Part shown: positions 5,974 through 14,211 of the stretch, piece after piece
Layout of the letters: each line of letters begins with the position of its first letter
Position numbering within the stretch: position 1 is the first letter of the stretch
Notes under the pieces: generated by a model
Seen by the model: only the letters and a program-made list of their open reading frames with translations
Database searches by the model: none
What the model was told of the DNA's origin: nothing
Position numbers and translations under genes: made by a program
IMG/VR virus record: IMGVR_UViG_3300005573_000052
DNA length: 64,000 bases
DNA from: a virus
Direction: 5' to 3' (one strand)

Positions 5974-7293
5974 ATGAAGACCAATACAAAATCCCCCCGC
6001 GCCAAAGTGTTTACCCACGAAGGTGCTCCCGCTGCCCACGCCACCGCCAAGCAGCAACTCCGCCGCTCCGTCATGTCCTGCATGCTCTGGGAGTCGGAAT
6101 TCCATGAAAGCGGCGAAGATATCGCCCAGCGAATCGCCTCGCTCGTTGCCAAGTGCAAACCTGAGGACGTGGCACTGATCGCTCGCGAAGCCCGCGAACA
6201 GATGAAACTGCGACATGTCCCGCTGCTCCTCGTGCGTGAAATGGCCCGCCTGCCTTCTCACCGCCCTTACGTGGCCGACACGCTTAACGCCGTCATCCAG
6301 CGCGCCGACGAACTCTCCGAGTTTCTGGCTATCTACTGGAAGTCGGGCAAAGACCAGCCTCTCGCCGCTCAGGTCAAAAAGGGACTGGCTCGGGCCTTCA
6401 CCCGATTCGATGAGTATGCCCTGAGCAAATATGACCGCGCCGGTGATGTCAAACTGCGGGATGCTCTCTTCCTCTGTCATGCCAAGCCGCAGGACAAGAA
6501 GCAAGAACGCCTGTGGAAACGACTCGTCAATGGCGAATTGAAGCCTGCCGGAACTTGGGAAGAGCAGCTTTCCGCCGGTAAGGACAAAAAGGCAGTGTTC
6601 ACCAAGTTGATCAAAGACGGTGAACTGGGCGCTCTCGCCCTGCTCCGCAACCTGCGCGGCATGACCGAGGCGGGAGTTAGCCACGAAATCATCACCCAAG
6701 CATTGGCTGGCATGAAAACCGAGCGGGTTCTCCCGTTTCGCTTCATCTCTGCCGCACGCTACGCCCCCCAGTTCGAGGCCGAATTGGAACAGGCGATGTT
6801 CAAGTGTCTTGAGGGAGTGGACAAGCTGAAGGGCTACACCATTCTGCTTGTGGACGTGTCGGGCTCCATGGATTCACCGATCAGCGCCAAGTCTGACCTG
6901 ACGCGTATCGACGCTGCTTGCGGACTCGCCATCCTATTGCGCGAAATCTGCGAACGGGTGGATATCTGCACGTTCTCCAGCGGGATAGTCGGAGTCCCTC
7001 CTCGCCGAGGATTCGCGCTGCGGGATGCCATCAAGAACTCGCAGCCCCATGCAAGCACCGATCTAGGTAGAGCACTCGATACCCTCAAGTATGGAACGGG
7101 TAAAGATCGCATCGTCGTCATCACGGACGAACAGTCCCATACGGCGGTTAATTCCCCCAAGACCACGGGTTACATGCTCAACGTCGCTTCAGCGGCAAAC
7201 GGAGTGGGTTACGGGGCCTGGAACCATATCGACGGTTGGAGTGAGAGTTGTGTGAAATTCGTGGCCGAGCTGGAGAAGCAAAGCGCCGATTGA
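5974..7293 (+). CDS. rsr: Ro60/TROVE domain RNA-binding protein
   Basis: LRRSVMSCMLWE, RHVPLLL, LALLRNLR, vWA MIDAS DVSGSM and VVITDEQS; start moved to MKTNTK. Confidence 0.95.
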   Translation: MKTNTKSPRAKVFTHEGAPAAHATAKQQLRRSVMSCMLWESEFHESGEDIAQRIASLVAKCKPEDVALIAREAREQMKLRHVPLLLVREMARLPSHRPYVADTLNAVIQRADELSEFLAIYWKSGKDQPLAAQVKKGLARAFTRFDEYALSKYDRAGDVKLRDALFLCHAKPQDKKQERLWKRLVNGELKPAGTWEEQLSAGKDKKAVFTKLIKDGELGALALLRNLRGMTEAGVSHEIITQALAGMKTERVLPFRFISAARYAPQFEAELEQAMFKCLEGVDKLKGYTILLVDVSGSMDSPISAKSDLTRIDAACGLAILLREICERVDICTFSSGIVGVPPRRGFALRDAIKNSQPHASTDLGRALDTLKYGTGKDRIVVITDEQSHTAVNSPKTTGYMLNVASAANGVGYGAWNHIDGWSESCVKFVAELEKQSAD

Positions 7294-7316
7294 CCGGGCT
7301 GAAAGGTCAAGTTTAC

Positions 7317-7349
7317 AGAGGGGGCGAACAAGCCTCCTCTTTCTTTTTT
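7317..7349 (+). terminator. Intrinsic terminator after Ro60
   Basis: AGAGGGGGC...GCCTCCTCT hairpin followed by a T-run. Confidence 0.65.
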
Positions 7350-7351
7350 AC

Positions 7352-7427
7352 GGCTCGTTGCCTCAGTGTTCACAGGAGTGCCTTTGTAGCGCACCATTCG
7401 GCGGTTAAAATCCGCCACGAGCCTCCA
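7352..7427 (+). tRNA. tRNA-Thr(TGT)
   Basis: GGCTCGT/ACGAGCC TCCA; TT TGT AG loop. Confidence 0.8.
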
Positions 7428-7434
7428 TTTTCAC

Positions 7435-7596
7435 GCCCTAGTAGCTCAGGCCCTACCAAATATCGGGTATCAGAAGAGCGCGCTCATTAGTTGGTCACCC
7501 AAGCGAACGGCACTTAGTGAACTCATCAATTGAGGGTTTGCGATGCTGCCGTTCGACAAGCGAGGTCGTCGGTGCCAAATCCGACCTAGGGCTCCA
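7435..7596 (+). tRNA. tRNA (Thr-type acceptor) with a large anticodon-arm insertion and D-loop hairpin
   Basis: GCCCTAG/CTAGGGC TCCA, GCTC/GAGC D stem, AGGTC variable loop, GTCGG/CCGAC T stem; insertion contains CGAACGGCA/TGCCGTTCG stem. Confidence 0.65.
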
Positions 7597-7602
7597 TTTC
7601 AT

Positions 7603-7681
7603 GGTGACAAAGGCAGAAGTAACTCAAAGCGCGGCCCTGTGAAGGCCGTTTAAGCGGGTGTGAGACCCGTTTGTCACCCCA
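7603..7681 (+). tRNA. tRNA-His(GTG)
   Basis: G-1:C73 8-bp acceptor; CGGCC-CT GTG AA-GGCCG. Confidence 0.92.
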
Positions 7682-7687
7682 ATTCAC

Positions 7688-7764
7688 GCGACACTCGGCA
7701 ACCGAATAGTCACCCTGCTTGCGGAGCAGAATCAGTCCCAGTTTGAATCTGGGGTGTCGCACCA
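7688..7764 (+). tRNA. tRNA-Arg(GCG)
   Basis: GCGACAC/GTGTCGC ACCA; CTGC-TT GCG GA-GCAG. Confidence 0.82.
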
Positions 7765-7772
7765 TTTTTCAT

Positions 7773-7855
7773 GCGAGCGTAGCCGAAGGGAGCTTCTATC
7801 TCCTTCCCCGTAACCGGAGCTGCAAATGGAGGTTCGACTCCTCTCGCTCGTGCCA
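7773..7855 (+). tRNA. tRNA-Arg(TCT), no D-arm at the normal position
   Basis: GCGAGCG/CGCTCGT GCCA; GGGAG-CT TCT AT-CTCCT; TTCGACT T-loop. Confidence 0.75.
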
Positions 7856-7859
7856 TTTC

Positions 7860-7935
7860 GCGCTGGTCGGCAATGTATAGTCAACCTCGTTTCGACCGAG
7901 AATCAGTGTGGGTTAGAGTCTCACCCGGCGCACCA
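7860..7935 (+). tRNA. tRNA-Arg(TCG)
   Basis: GCGCTGG/CCGGCGC ACCA; CTCG-TT TCG AC-CGAG. Confidence 0.85.
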
Positions 7936-7941
7936 TTTCAC

Positions 7942-8022
7942 GCGAACGTATCCCCTCGGTTTCCTAAACCGGCGAAAGGGTAATCGGAATCCATGGAGGA
8001 TCGTCCCCTCTCGTTCGCACCA
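7942..8022 (+). tRNA. tRNA-Arg(CCT), no D-arm at the normal position
   Basis: GCGAACG/CGTTCGC ACCA; TCGGT-TT CCT AA-ACCGG. Confidence 0.78.
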
Positions 8023-8099
8023 CTTGAACCCCATGAAGGTTCCACCCGGCGAGCCTCGGACAGAGCGGTTACAGGCCGAATCACAGCGTTAATTTTTAC

Positions 8100-8189
8100 G
8101 GAGAGGTGGCAGAGTGGCCTATTGCACTGAGCTTGAAACTCAGAACAGAGTAATATCTGTCGCGAGTCCGAATCTCGCTCTCTCCTCCA
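8100..8189 (+). tRNA. tRNA-Ser(TGA)
   Basis: GGAGAGG/TCTCTCC; CTGAG-CT TGA AA-CTCAG; long variable arm. Confidence 0.92.
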
Positions 8190-8193
8190 TCTT

Positions 8194-8283
8194 AGAGAGC
8201 CAACTGAACGAGGTTCAGGACTGCTTGGAAAGCAGCTCGGGCCGCGCAAGCGACCTACGGGGCAGCACCGTGACTCTCTGCCA
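8194..8283 (+). tRNA. tRNA-Ser(GGA)
   Basis: AGAGAG/CTCTCT GCCA; CTGC-TT GGA AA-GCAG; long variable arm. Confidence 0.85.
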
Positions 8284-9409
8284 TTTTCACCGGTCGTCCA
8301 CGTCTCCCTCGAAAAGTCGAAGACAACAATCCAAATCGTATCATCGCGTCACGTGTTACCTCGTGATTAAATCCAATGGCTAATCCAGCCTGTCGAAGAG
8401 ACCCTTTCGTTTTAAACACTTCGTAAGCTAATTGTGCCTGCTCGGCTGTTGGACGATGAAGTGGTTTACGAATGCGTTTTTGGCTCACGAGAGCCTGTTC
8501 ATGAGTATATCCCGCATGGCGTCGAACCCAATAACCTATAGGAGGTAACGCAACTCCGTATCGCTTGGCCCAACGACGAACCGAGTTACCGTTTACGCCA
8601 TAATCCTTGGCTATGTTCTCTATGGACTTACTCCACACAAGGATGGTCAACTCTTCCTTGGAAGGCCACACTACCTTACGGGAGGCCACTGCGGCAGCAG
8701 CTCGATTGCCATATATGGGCTTGTCCAGAGAACGCAAATATTCTTTCGCCTCGGGAGTCATAGCCCTAACGGATCGTTCTTTGGGGGATATCCGTATGTG
8801 CACGTCACCGAGGTCTCGCGACGTATCCGGTTCGTCTGTAGACCGAAAAACCAACCCCTCTTTGGCCATGATTCCATGAATGGTGTCGTAATTACGACCC
8901 TTAGGGGCCAAACCCAATCGCCGACACACATCACTCGGACTAGTGCATTGGGGGATTGCCTCAATATACATCTGGCGAGATACCTTGACTGTTCGTTTAC
9001 GCGTGGCGGCCCCCTTGTGATTAGGGGCTAATCCATGACAATTTCGACAAAGAACCTGAAGATTCTTTAACTCGTTATTATTATGGTTACCGTCTACGTG
9101 ATGTAACTCTATCGGTATCGGCTCTCCCTGCCATCTGTCATTACCGCATCTCTCACAGACAGGACTTTTAAGACCCTCTCGAAAAAGACGCTTCTTCAAA
9201 TTATCGCTCGCGAGAGGATACTGATTAGATAGGTAAACCTCGATAGGGCGTCCACTGTAAGGGGGCCAGTGAGACGTGTCAATCTGATTCTCGGCAAGGA
9301 GTCGTCTAATACGTTTTTTGTCTCCTCCTCCAAGAAGACGCAAAAGCATATTGCAGGAGGTTGATTCGGCGGCAAGTTGACGTAGTTGGTCGATATTAAG
9401 GGTAGTCAT
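8255..9409 (-). CDS. HNH homing endonuclease (antisense to the tRNA array)
   Basis: CERC...IELHHVDGNHNNNELKNLQVLCRNCH; start MTTLNI; GGTGTATC motif at 9420-9427 on the minus strand. Confidence 0.85.
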   Translation of the reverse strand: MTTLNIDQLRQLAAESTSCNMLLRLLGGGDKKRIRRLLAENQIDTSHWPPYSGRPIEVYLSNQYPLASDNLKKRLFREGLKSPVCERCGNDRWQGEPIPIELHHVDGNHNNNELKNLQVLCRNCHGLAPNHKGAATRKRTVKVSRQMYIEAIPQCTSPSDVCRRLGLAPKGRNYDTIHGIMAKEGLVFRSTDEPDTSRDLGDVHIRISPKERSVRAMTPEAKEYLRSLDKPIYGNRAAAAVASRKVVWPSKEELTILVWSKSIENIAKDYGVNGNSVRRWAKRYGVALPPIGYWVRRHAGYTHEQALVSQKRIRKPLHRPTAEQAQLAYEVFKTKGSLRQAGLAIGFNHEVTRDAMIRFGLLSSTFRGRRGRPVKMAESHGAAP

Positions 9410-9475
9410 GTTCACCCTAGATACACCGCTGAAGACCCGGTTTGTGTGCAATTCTCCACTTTCCGCCATTTTTAC

Positions 9476-9565
9476 GGTAGGTGAATCCGTGCAGGTCACG
9501 GAGCGGCCCTCGAAAAGCCTGCGCGCCCGCAAGGACGTTTTCTGCGACTGAAACGCCTACCGCCA
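9476..9565 (+). tRNA. tRNA-Ser(CGA)
   Basis: GGTAGG/CCTACC GCCA; CT CGA AA loop; long variable arm. Confidence 0.78.
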
Positions 9566-9566
9566 C

Positions 9567-9654
9567 GGTAGATAAACTCGGGAAGCCCGGGCGCGCATTG
9601 CTAATGCGATGGACGGCGAAAGCCGTTGAGGACCATGACCTCTGTCTACCGCCA
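9567..9654 (+). tRNA. tRNA-Ser(GCT)
   Basis: GGTAGA/TCTACC GCCA; CGCA-TT GCT AA-TGCG; long variable arm. Confidence 0.85.
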
Positions 9655-9741
9655 TTTTGCCCTTGACATTCGCTCCCCTATCACACGAAATCCTACTCCT
9701 GTTCCTCTCCCCATATCCACTTCACCCCCCTATCACCAATC

Positions 9742-10365
9742 ATGAGCACCATCCTCGACAAGCAGATTTGCCTCAAGCTAAACAAGAACTGGCAAGGCGT
9801 AGGCTTTGTCACGATAAAACAAGCTGTCACCTTCCTCTGCTCGGAGCAGGACGGCGAGCATCCCGGTTTCGCGCTCGATATCGAGATGGTCACAAATGAG
9901 AACGGCGAATCGGTCCTGTCCTACGCCAACCCGACCAAGTGGGAGGACTGGCTGAAGCTTCCCGTGCGCGAGTCCGACCTTGCTATCACGACTGGTCGCG
10001 GGCAAATTCGCGCTCCGCTGGTAGTTGTCTGTGCCAACTATGCCAAGGTTCCGACCCGCACCACGCGCTGGTCCACGGGCAATGTCCATCGCCGCGACAA
10101 TTACACCTGCGCCTACACGGGCGAGAAGCTCAGTCACGCAACCGCCACGGTTGACCATATCCAGCCCCGTTCACGCGGCGGCAAGGACGCGTGGGAAAAT
10201 ACCGTGTCGTGTCACAAGCGCGTCAACCTGCTCAAGGCCGACCGCACGCCCGAGGAAGCCGGACTGAAACTGCTCGTCAAGCCCAAGGCTCCGCCCATCA
10301 TGCCCGTGGTCATCACGGCGGATGAGGCGCGGCACGAGGCGCAGCGACACTTCCTGATTAACTAG
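9742..10365 (+). CDS. HNH endonuclease (McrA-like)
   Basis: RDNYTCAYTG...TVDHIQPRSRGG...N..KA. Confidence 0.85.
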   Translation: MSTILDKQICLKLNKNWQGVGFVTIKQAVTFLCSEQDGEHPGFALDIEMVTNENGESVLSYANPTKWEDWLKLPVRESDLAITTGRGQIRAPLVVVCANYAKVPTRTTRWSTGNVHRRDNYTCAYTGEKLSHATATVDHIQPRSRGGKDAWENTVSCHKRVNLLKADRTPEEAGLKLLVKPKAPPIMPVVITADEARHEAQRHFLIN

Positions 10366-10379
10366 CCCAGCCCATCAAT

Positions 10380-10412
10380 CCCTCTGACCTTAACCGGCGG
10401 AGGGATTTTTTT
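10380..10412 (+). terminator. Putative intrinsic terminator
   Basis: CCCTC...GAGGG hairpin followed by a T-run. Confidence 0.55.
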
Positions 10413-10452
10413 GTTGACATCGTATGACCAATTTGTCTATCATGAAGTAAAC

Positions 10453-11004
10453 GTGACCCAACTGACCTTCAACCAAGTTCTTCATCGAGAGTATTTGGGC
10501 TCGCCCGTCTGGAAAGCAAAACGAGAAGAGGCCATAAATCATTATGGGCCAGTCTGTTCTCGATGCAAAGAATACGGAACAGACGTTCATCATAAAACTT
10601 ACATTCGGTGGGGTGGCAATGAATTAATGGAAGACCTTGAAATCATGTGTCGTGAGTGCCACGACGCGCATCATCGGGTAGAAAAGGCAACCCGACAAAA
10701 GAAAATCAAGAAAAAAGGTCTACGCAGAGAAGCTATCTACCGATACCTGTCTCCAAGCCAAAAGAAAATCCTAATTGACAGGTTCTCTCTGTCTGGAGAT
10801 AAGGACCTCTACGGAAGAATTGTTTTAAGTAACTCCTTGCCAATAATTAACGAAGCGTTGAAAATTCTTGGTTGTGATTACGCCTATGGACCAAAACAAA
10901 TTTTCAGACCTCCTGTAAGCAAAAAAGAAAGAGAAAAAAATCTTCAACGGGTAAAAAGACAAGAGGAGGCTTACAAACTCGCAATCTCAGGTAAATTACC
11001 GTAA
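10453..11004 (+). CDS. HNH endonuclease
   Basis: CSRC...VHHKTY...CRECHDAHH; promoter TTGACA-N18-TATCAT at 10414-10443. Confidence 0.75.
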   Translation: MTQLTFNQVLHREYLGSPVWKAKREEAINHYGPVCSRCKEYGTDVHHKTYIRWGGNELMEDLEIMCRECHDAHHRVEKATRQKKIKKKGLRREAIYRYLSPSQKKILIDRFSLSGDKDLYGRIVLSNSLPIINEALKILGCDYAYGPKQIFRPPVSKKEREKNLQRVKRQEEAYKLAISGKLP

Positions 11005-11039
11005 CAATCTACAATCTCAATTTAACCACGAGTGTATCT

Positions 11040-11515
11040 CGTGATCCTACAGTCACTGGCCCGGGTTTAATGGGCGGCACTGGCGACGGGTGTCAAAGTA
11101 AGCCGTCGTAGTTTCATGGATAGGTTCCGCTTGCCGCTGCTGAGTTTGCCACTTCTAAGCAGGAAAGTCGGTTGCAACACCGATGGGGATGAAACATGTC
11201 ACTCTTACCTCGTTCGCGGGAGTCATCCGCCGCGACGTTCCGGGCAACCGGGGCCGGAAGAGTGTTCTATGGGATAGGGACGGGGAGAAACCGTATTGAA
11301 ACAGCGCCGCGCTTTAACCGCCCGGTTCTGGCTCTCCGAGACCATCAGGGTCGAATTGGAACCGAGACGTTGGTAAAAGACCCGCGAAGCTCTCGCGCGA
11401 CTTCCATAGGCTTTCTGCTTCCCTTTTCGCCCGGCGATAGGGAAAGTGGTTACCCATGAACAGGTTTCCACTTTCGTTGCTGTCGCAACGAGGCACTCCG
11501 CTGCGCTCCGTGCCA
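11040..11515 (+). ncRNA. Candidate large structured ncRNA
   Basis: No credible ORF; many hairpins and long-range pairings (11113-11119 with 11454-11460; 11157-11167 with 11411-11420); GAGTGTATC motif just upstream. Confidence 0.55.
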
Positions 11516-11869
11516 AATGACGAGAATTACTATCTTTCGCTTCTCCTCTCCACCTTTCTCCTTCGCCCGGTTCACGGGTGCTCCTTGAAGCCCTCTCTCT
11601 TACGTCTCACCCCTAAAGCTGAACACCTATAACTAATGGGGCTTAACGTTGAGCCCATTTCGCCGGAAACCCGGTTCATCTGAAAAATTACTCATGGTTC
11701 AGTGAATAGTATAATACTAGTGATGGTTCAGTATCTGTAGGCCAAGTTCCTGCTACCCAAAGAAATGCGCGAAAAAGGTTGACACTTGGAGGGAAACCGG
11801 GCTACAATAGCCGTGTCAGAGTTCCCGGTTGCACCGTTACGCACCCCAATCTCACCGCTTTACCCCTTC

Positions 11870-12361
11870 ATGCTCACCATCGCCTACGTCAAGAACCTTC
11901 TGTTCTCGCATTTCCTGTCCCAAACGACCTTTGACCTGAAAAGCGACCTAGCCTCCATCAAATTCCCGGCATCCAAGGGCAAGGGGGTGGAGTTGGATTC
12001 AAATCTAGCCGATAAGCATTCCGCCCTTGTGCGCGCCGCGCTGGATGACTTTGTCAAGGACGACATGTTGGTGGAGTTGGAACCCAAGGGGAGTGGTCTC
12101 TACATCCTACGCCTTCCGCTTGACAGCTTTACCCAGACCGTGGAAATCTCGCCCGGATTGGCGGAGATGATTGCCGACCTCATCAATGGGTTCGGTGAGG
12201 CCCAAGACCGGGCCTTGGGTTCAGAGGATGAGGAGGAAGATTTTGAGGGAGAGGCGCGGCAGCACTATCAGTGCGACCGGATGAACCTGAGCGAACGGGA
12301 CATCGCCATCATTGTGCATATCTGCCATTCGCTCATCAACGACATAGGTGACGGGAAGTAA
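11870..12361 (+). CDS. Hypothetical acidic protein
   Basis: Phage-like codon usage; promoter TTGACA-N18-TACAAT at 11779-11808. Confidence 0.75.
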   Translation: MLTIAYVKNLLFSHFLSQTTFDLKSDLASIKFPASKGKGVELDSNLADKHSALVRAALDDFVKDDMLVELEPKGSGLYILRLPLDSFTQTVEISPGLAEMIADLINGFGEAQDRALGSEDEEEDFEGEARQHYQCDRMNLSERDIAIIVHICHSLINDIGDGK

Positions 12362-12379
12362 TAAGGGGAGACATTCCAC

Positions 12380-13264
12380 ATGGACACTCTTGCCTTTCTC
12401 GTCGTCTACGTCCTGTCCGCCGCATTCCTGTTCCATGTGTGGGCAAGGTCCGATTTGACCAAGGTGCCGCGCGAATGGGTCATGCGCGTTTCGCCGGGCT
12501 GGGTGAAATACATGATGCAGTGTCCATTATGTCTGGCGTTTCATGCTGGATGGTTGGGCACGGTGGGATATTGGCTGGCCACGGGCGTAGTGCTGTTCGC
12601 GCCGGTCATCCTGTTTGCCGCGCCGATGGCGGTGCTGATGGTTGACTTGGCCCTGCGCGCTCTAATTCGCGCGAACGAGCCTCCGCTACTTGAGGTGAGC
12701 TGTGGGTCTCAGGAGTCGGTTCTAAACCTTTTCTCGTCATGGGCGAACGACAAAAAAGAAAGAGAGAGGCTGATCAATGACGCTGTGACCGCACAACTAG
12801 TCAGAACGACATTGGCAGGTCCAAGCACGATTTTGTCTTCAGGTCTTCCACGGGCAGTTTTAACCCCTGAGGGTGAAGTGCGGACGGGTTGGGATAGCTC
12901 CATTCTGCCCGGTCAATTTCATACTCCGCCACCCCCCTTGTGGAAGGGACCCATCCCAGAGGGGTGGGAAGTGACAGATTCAGGAACTCTTTACGGATTA
13001 TCGTTCTCGTGTCCCGGGTTGCACGGGCGCAAGGTTCGGACTTCGTATTTTCAAGGTAAGACCGGGGTTATCGTTAATGGATTCCGTAACGGCGATGATT
13101 GCTCGGACGCATGGGGAGAATTGATGTATACACTACGATGGGAACCAAACCAGATATGGTTTGATCAACCCCTAATAGGCGAAAGCTCTGTGCCCGTCAA
13201 GAGTTGTGTATTTCTGGACGATGGGGAGCCGTTTAACCCCGTCGCCCACGAGCAGACCAAGTAA
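12380..13264 (+). CDS. Hypothetical membrane protein (CPxC motif in N-terminal TM region)
   Basis: Hydrophobic N-terminal segments, CPLCLAFH. Confidence 0.7.
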   Translation: MDTLAFLVVYVLSAAFLFHVWARSDLTKVPREWVMRVSPGWVKYMMQCPLCLAFHAGWLGTVGYWLATGVVLFAPVILFAAPMAVLMVDLALRALIRANEPPLLEVSCGSQESVLNLFSSWANDKKERERLINDAVTAQLVRTTLAGPSTILSSGLPRAVLTPEGEVRTGWDSSILPGQFHTPPPPLWKGPIPEGWEVTDSGTLYGLSFSCPGLHGRKVRTSYFQGKTGVIVNGFRNGDDCSDAWGELMYTLRWEPNQIWFDQPLIGESSVPVKSCVFLDDGEPFNPVAHEQTK

Positions 13265-13273
13265 CGCCGCCCC

Positions 13274-13912
13274 ATGACCGAATACGAACTCATCGAGCGG
13301 GTTAAGACCTCCCAAGACAGTCAGGCCCTCGTGGACCTCGTCAACCAGCACACCGGGGCCTATTTCGCGGTGGTCAACCGCTACGCCTCGGCCTACCCCG
13401 GCGTCATCCGCGCCGAAGACATGGGCGATGACAAGCTGCTCAACTTCTATACCTTCATCTGTGCCTACGACCCGACCAAGGGGACCAAGCTAAGCACGTT
13501 TATCACCCAGCGCACCGACTACCTGTGCAAAGTCATGCTGAAGAAGGGGAAACACAACCCGCTGGATGGGTGTGGATATGGCTCATCCGGCATCATGCCC
13601 ATCACCGAAATGGGCGAATTGGGGGAGAGCGGCTCGACCAGCACATTGCGCCCGCTCAATCTGACCGACACCAGCCGGGAAGCTCAGGTGTCCGAGGAGG
13701 CCGGGCTGCACTTGGATGGCGATGCAGTCATGCAGGCGGCGGAAGAGGTATGTCCCGACAAACGGTTCGGGCGCGTGTTTGCTCTGCGTCACCATGAGGG
13801 GCTGAGTTGGCGCGAGATTGGGCGGAAGATGAAGCTGAGCCACGAGCGCGTGCGCAGACTCTACTTGGAGCACGTCGGGGCGGTGGTGGAAGGGATGAAG
13901 GAGACGGTATGA
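13274..13912 (+). CDS. Phage RNA polymerase sigma factor (sigma70 family)
   Basis: Region 2-like YDPTKGTKLSTFITQR and region 4 HTH GLSWREIGRKMKLSHERVRRL. Confidence 0.85.
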   Translation: MTEYELIERVKTSQDSQALVDLVNQHTGAYFAVVNRYASAYPGVIRAEDMGDDKLLNFYTFICAYDPTKGTKLSTFITQRTDYLCKVMLKKGKHNPLDGCGYGSSGIMPITEMGELGESGSTSTLRPLNLTDTSREAQVSEEAGLHLDGDAVMQAAEEVCPDKRFGRVFALRHHEGLSWREIGRKMKLSHERVRRLYLEHVGAVVEGMKETV

Positions 13913-14172
13913 ACCTCCTCCGCCAAACCCTCAACTGGTTCAACCTCCAGTCCGCCGCCAAGAAACGGCGCGAAAAGGTTGTAGCCCAGTCCTACCAGAC
14001 CGATGTCACCCATTCGCTCTGGATGCCGACCCCCAACCGGTATATCGAACACGACATCGGGTTCAAGCTAATCAAGATGCCAGACGGGTCCAAGCAACGG
14101 GTCAGGACGCGCAAGGTCGCTGATACCGGCGGAGTAGCGTTTTACGTGTTTGACGAGTCGTTTCGGTTTTGA
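13909..14172 (+). CDS. Hypothetical protein
   Basis: ATGA overlap with the sigma factor stop. Confidence 0.65.
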   Translation: MNLLRQTLNWFNLQSAAKKRREKVVAQSYQTDVTHSLWMPTPNRYIEHDIGFKLIKMPDGSKQRVRTRKVADTGGVAFYVFDESFRF

Positions 14173-14211
14173 GTTTTTCACTGTTACCAATTACCCCACT
14201 TCCTTCCCCCT

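Larger units (their letters stand above)
408..9654 (+). other. Phage tRNA gene array (about 41 tRNAs, all 20 amino acids)
   Basis: Tandem cloverleafs, mostly with encoded CCA and short T-rich spacers, each parsed manually. Confidence 0.95.

Noticed and set aside
5731-6699. 322-aa minus-strand ORF
   Set aside because: Antisense shadow of the Ro60 gene and Y RNAs, with no motifs.
8275-9480. Apparent target-site duplication around the minus-strand HNH (VKMAES twice)
   Set aside because: Explained by the generic tRNA 3' end GCCA plus TTTT spacer. Not enough identity to call a TSD.
11040-11515. Firm RNase P or group I/II intron call
   Set aside because: Only partial motif resemblance; the 3' P4 strand and intron cores were not found.
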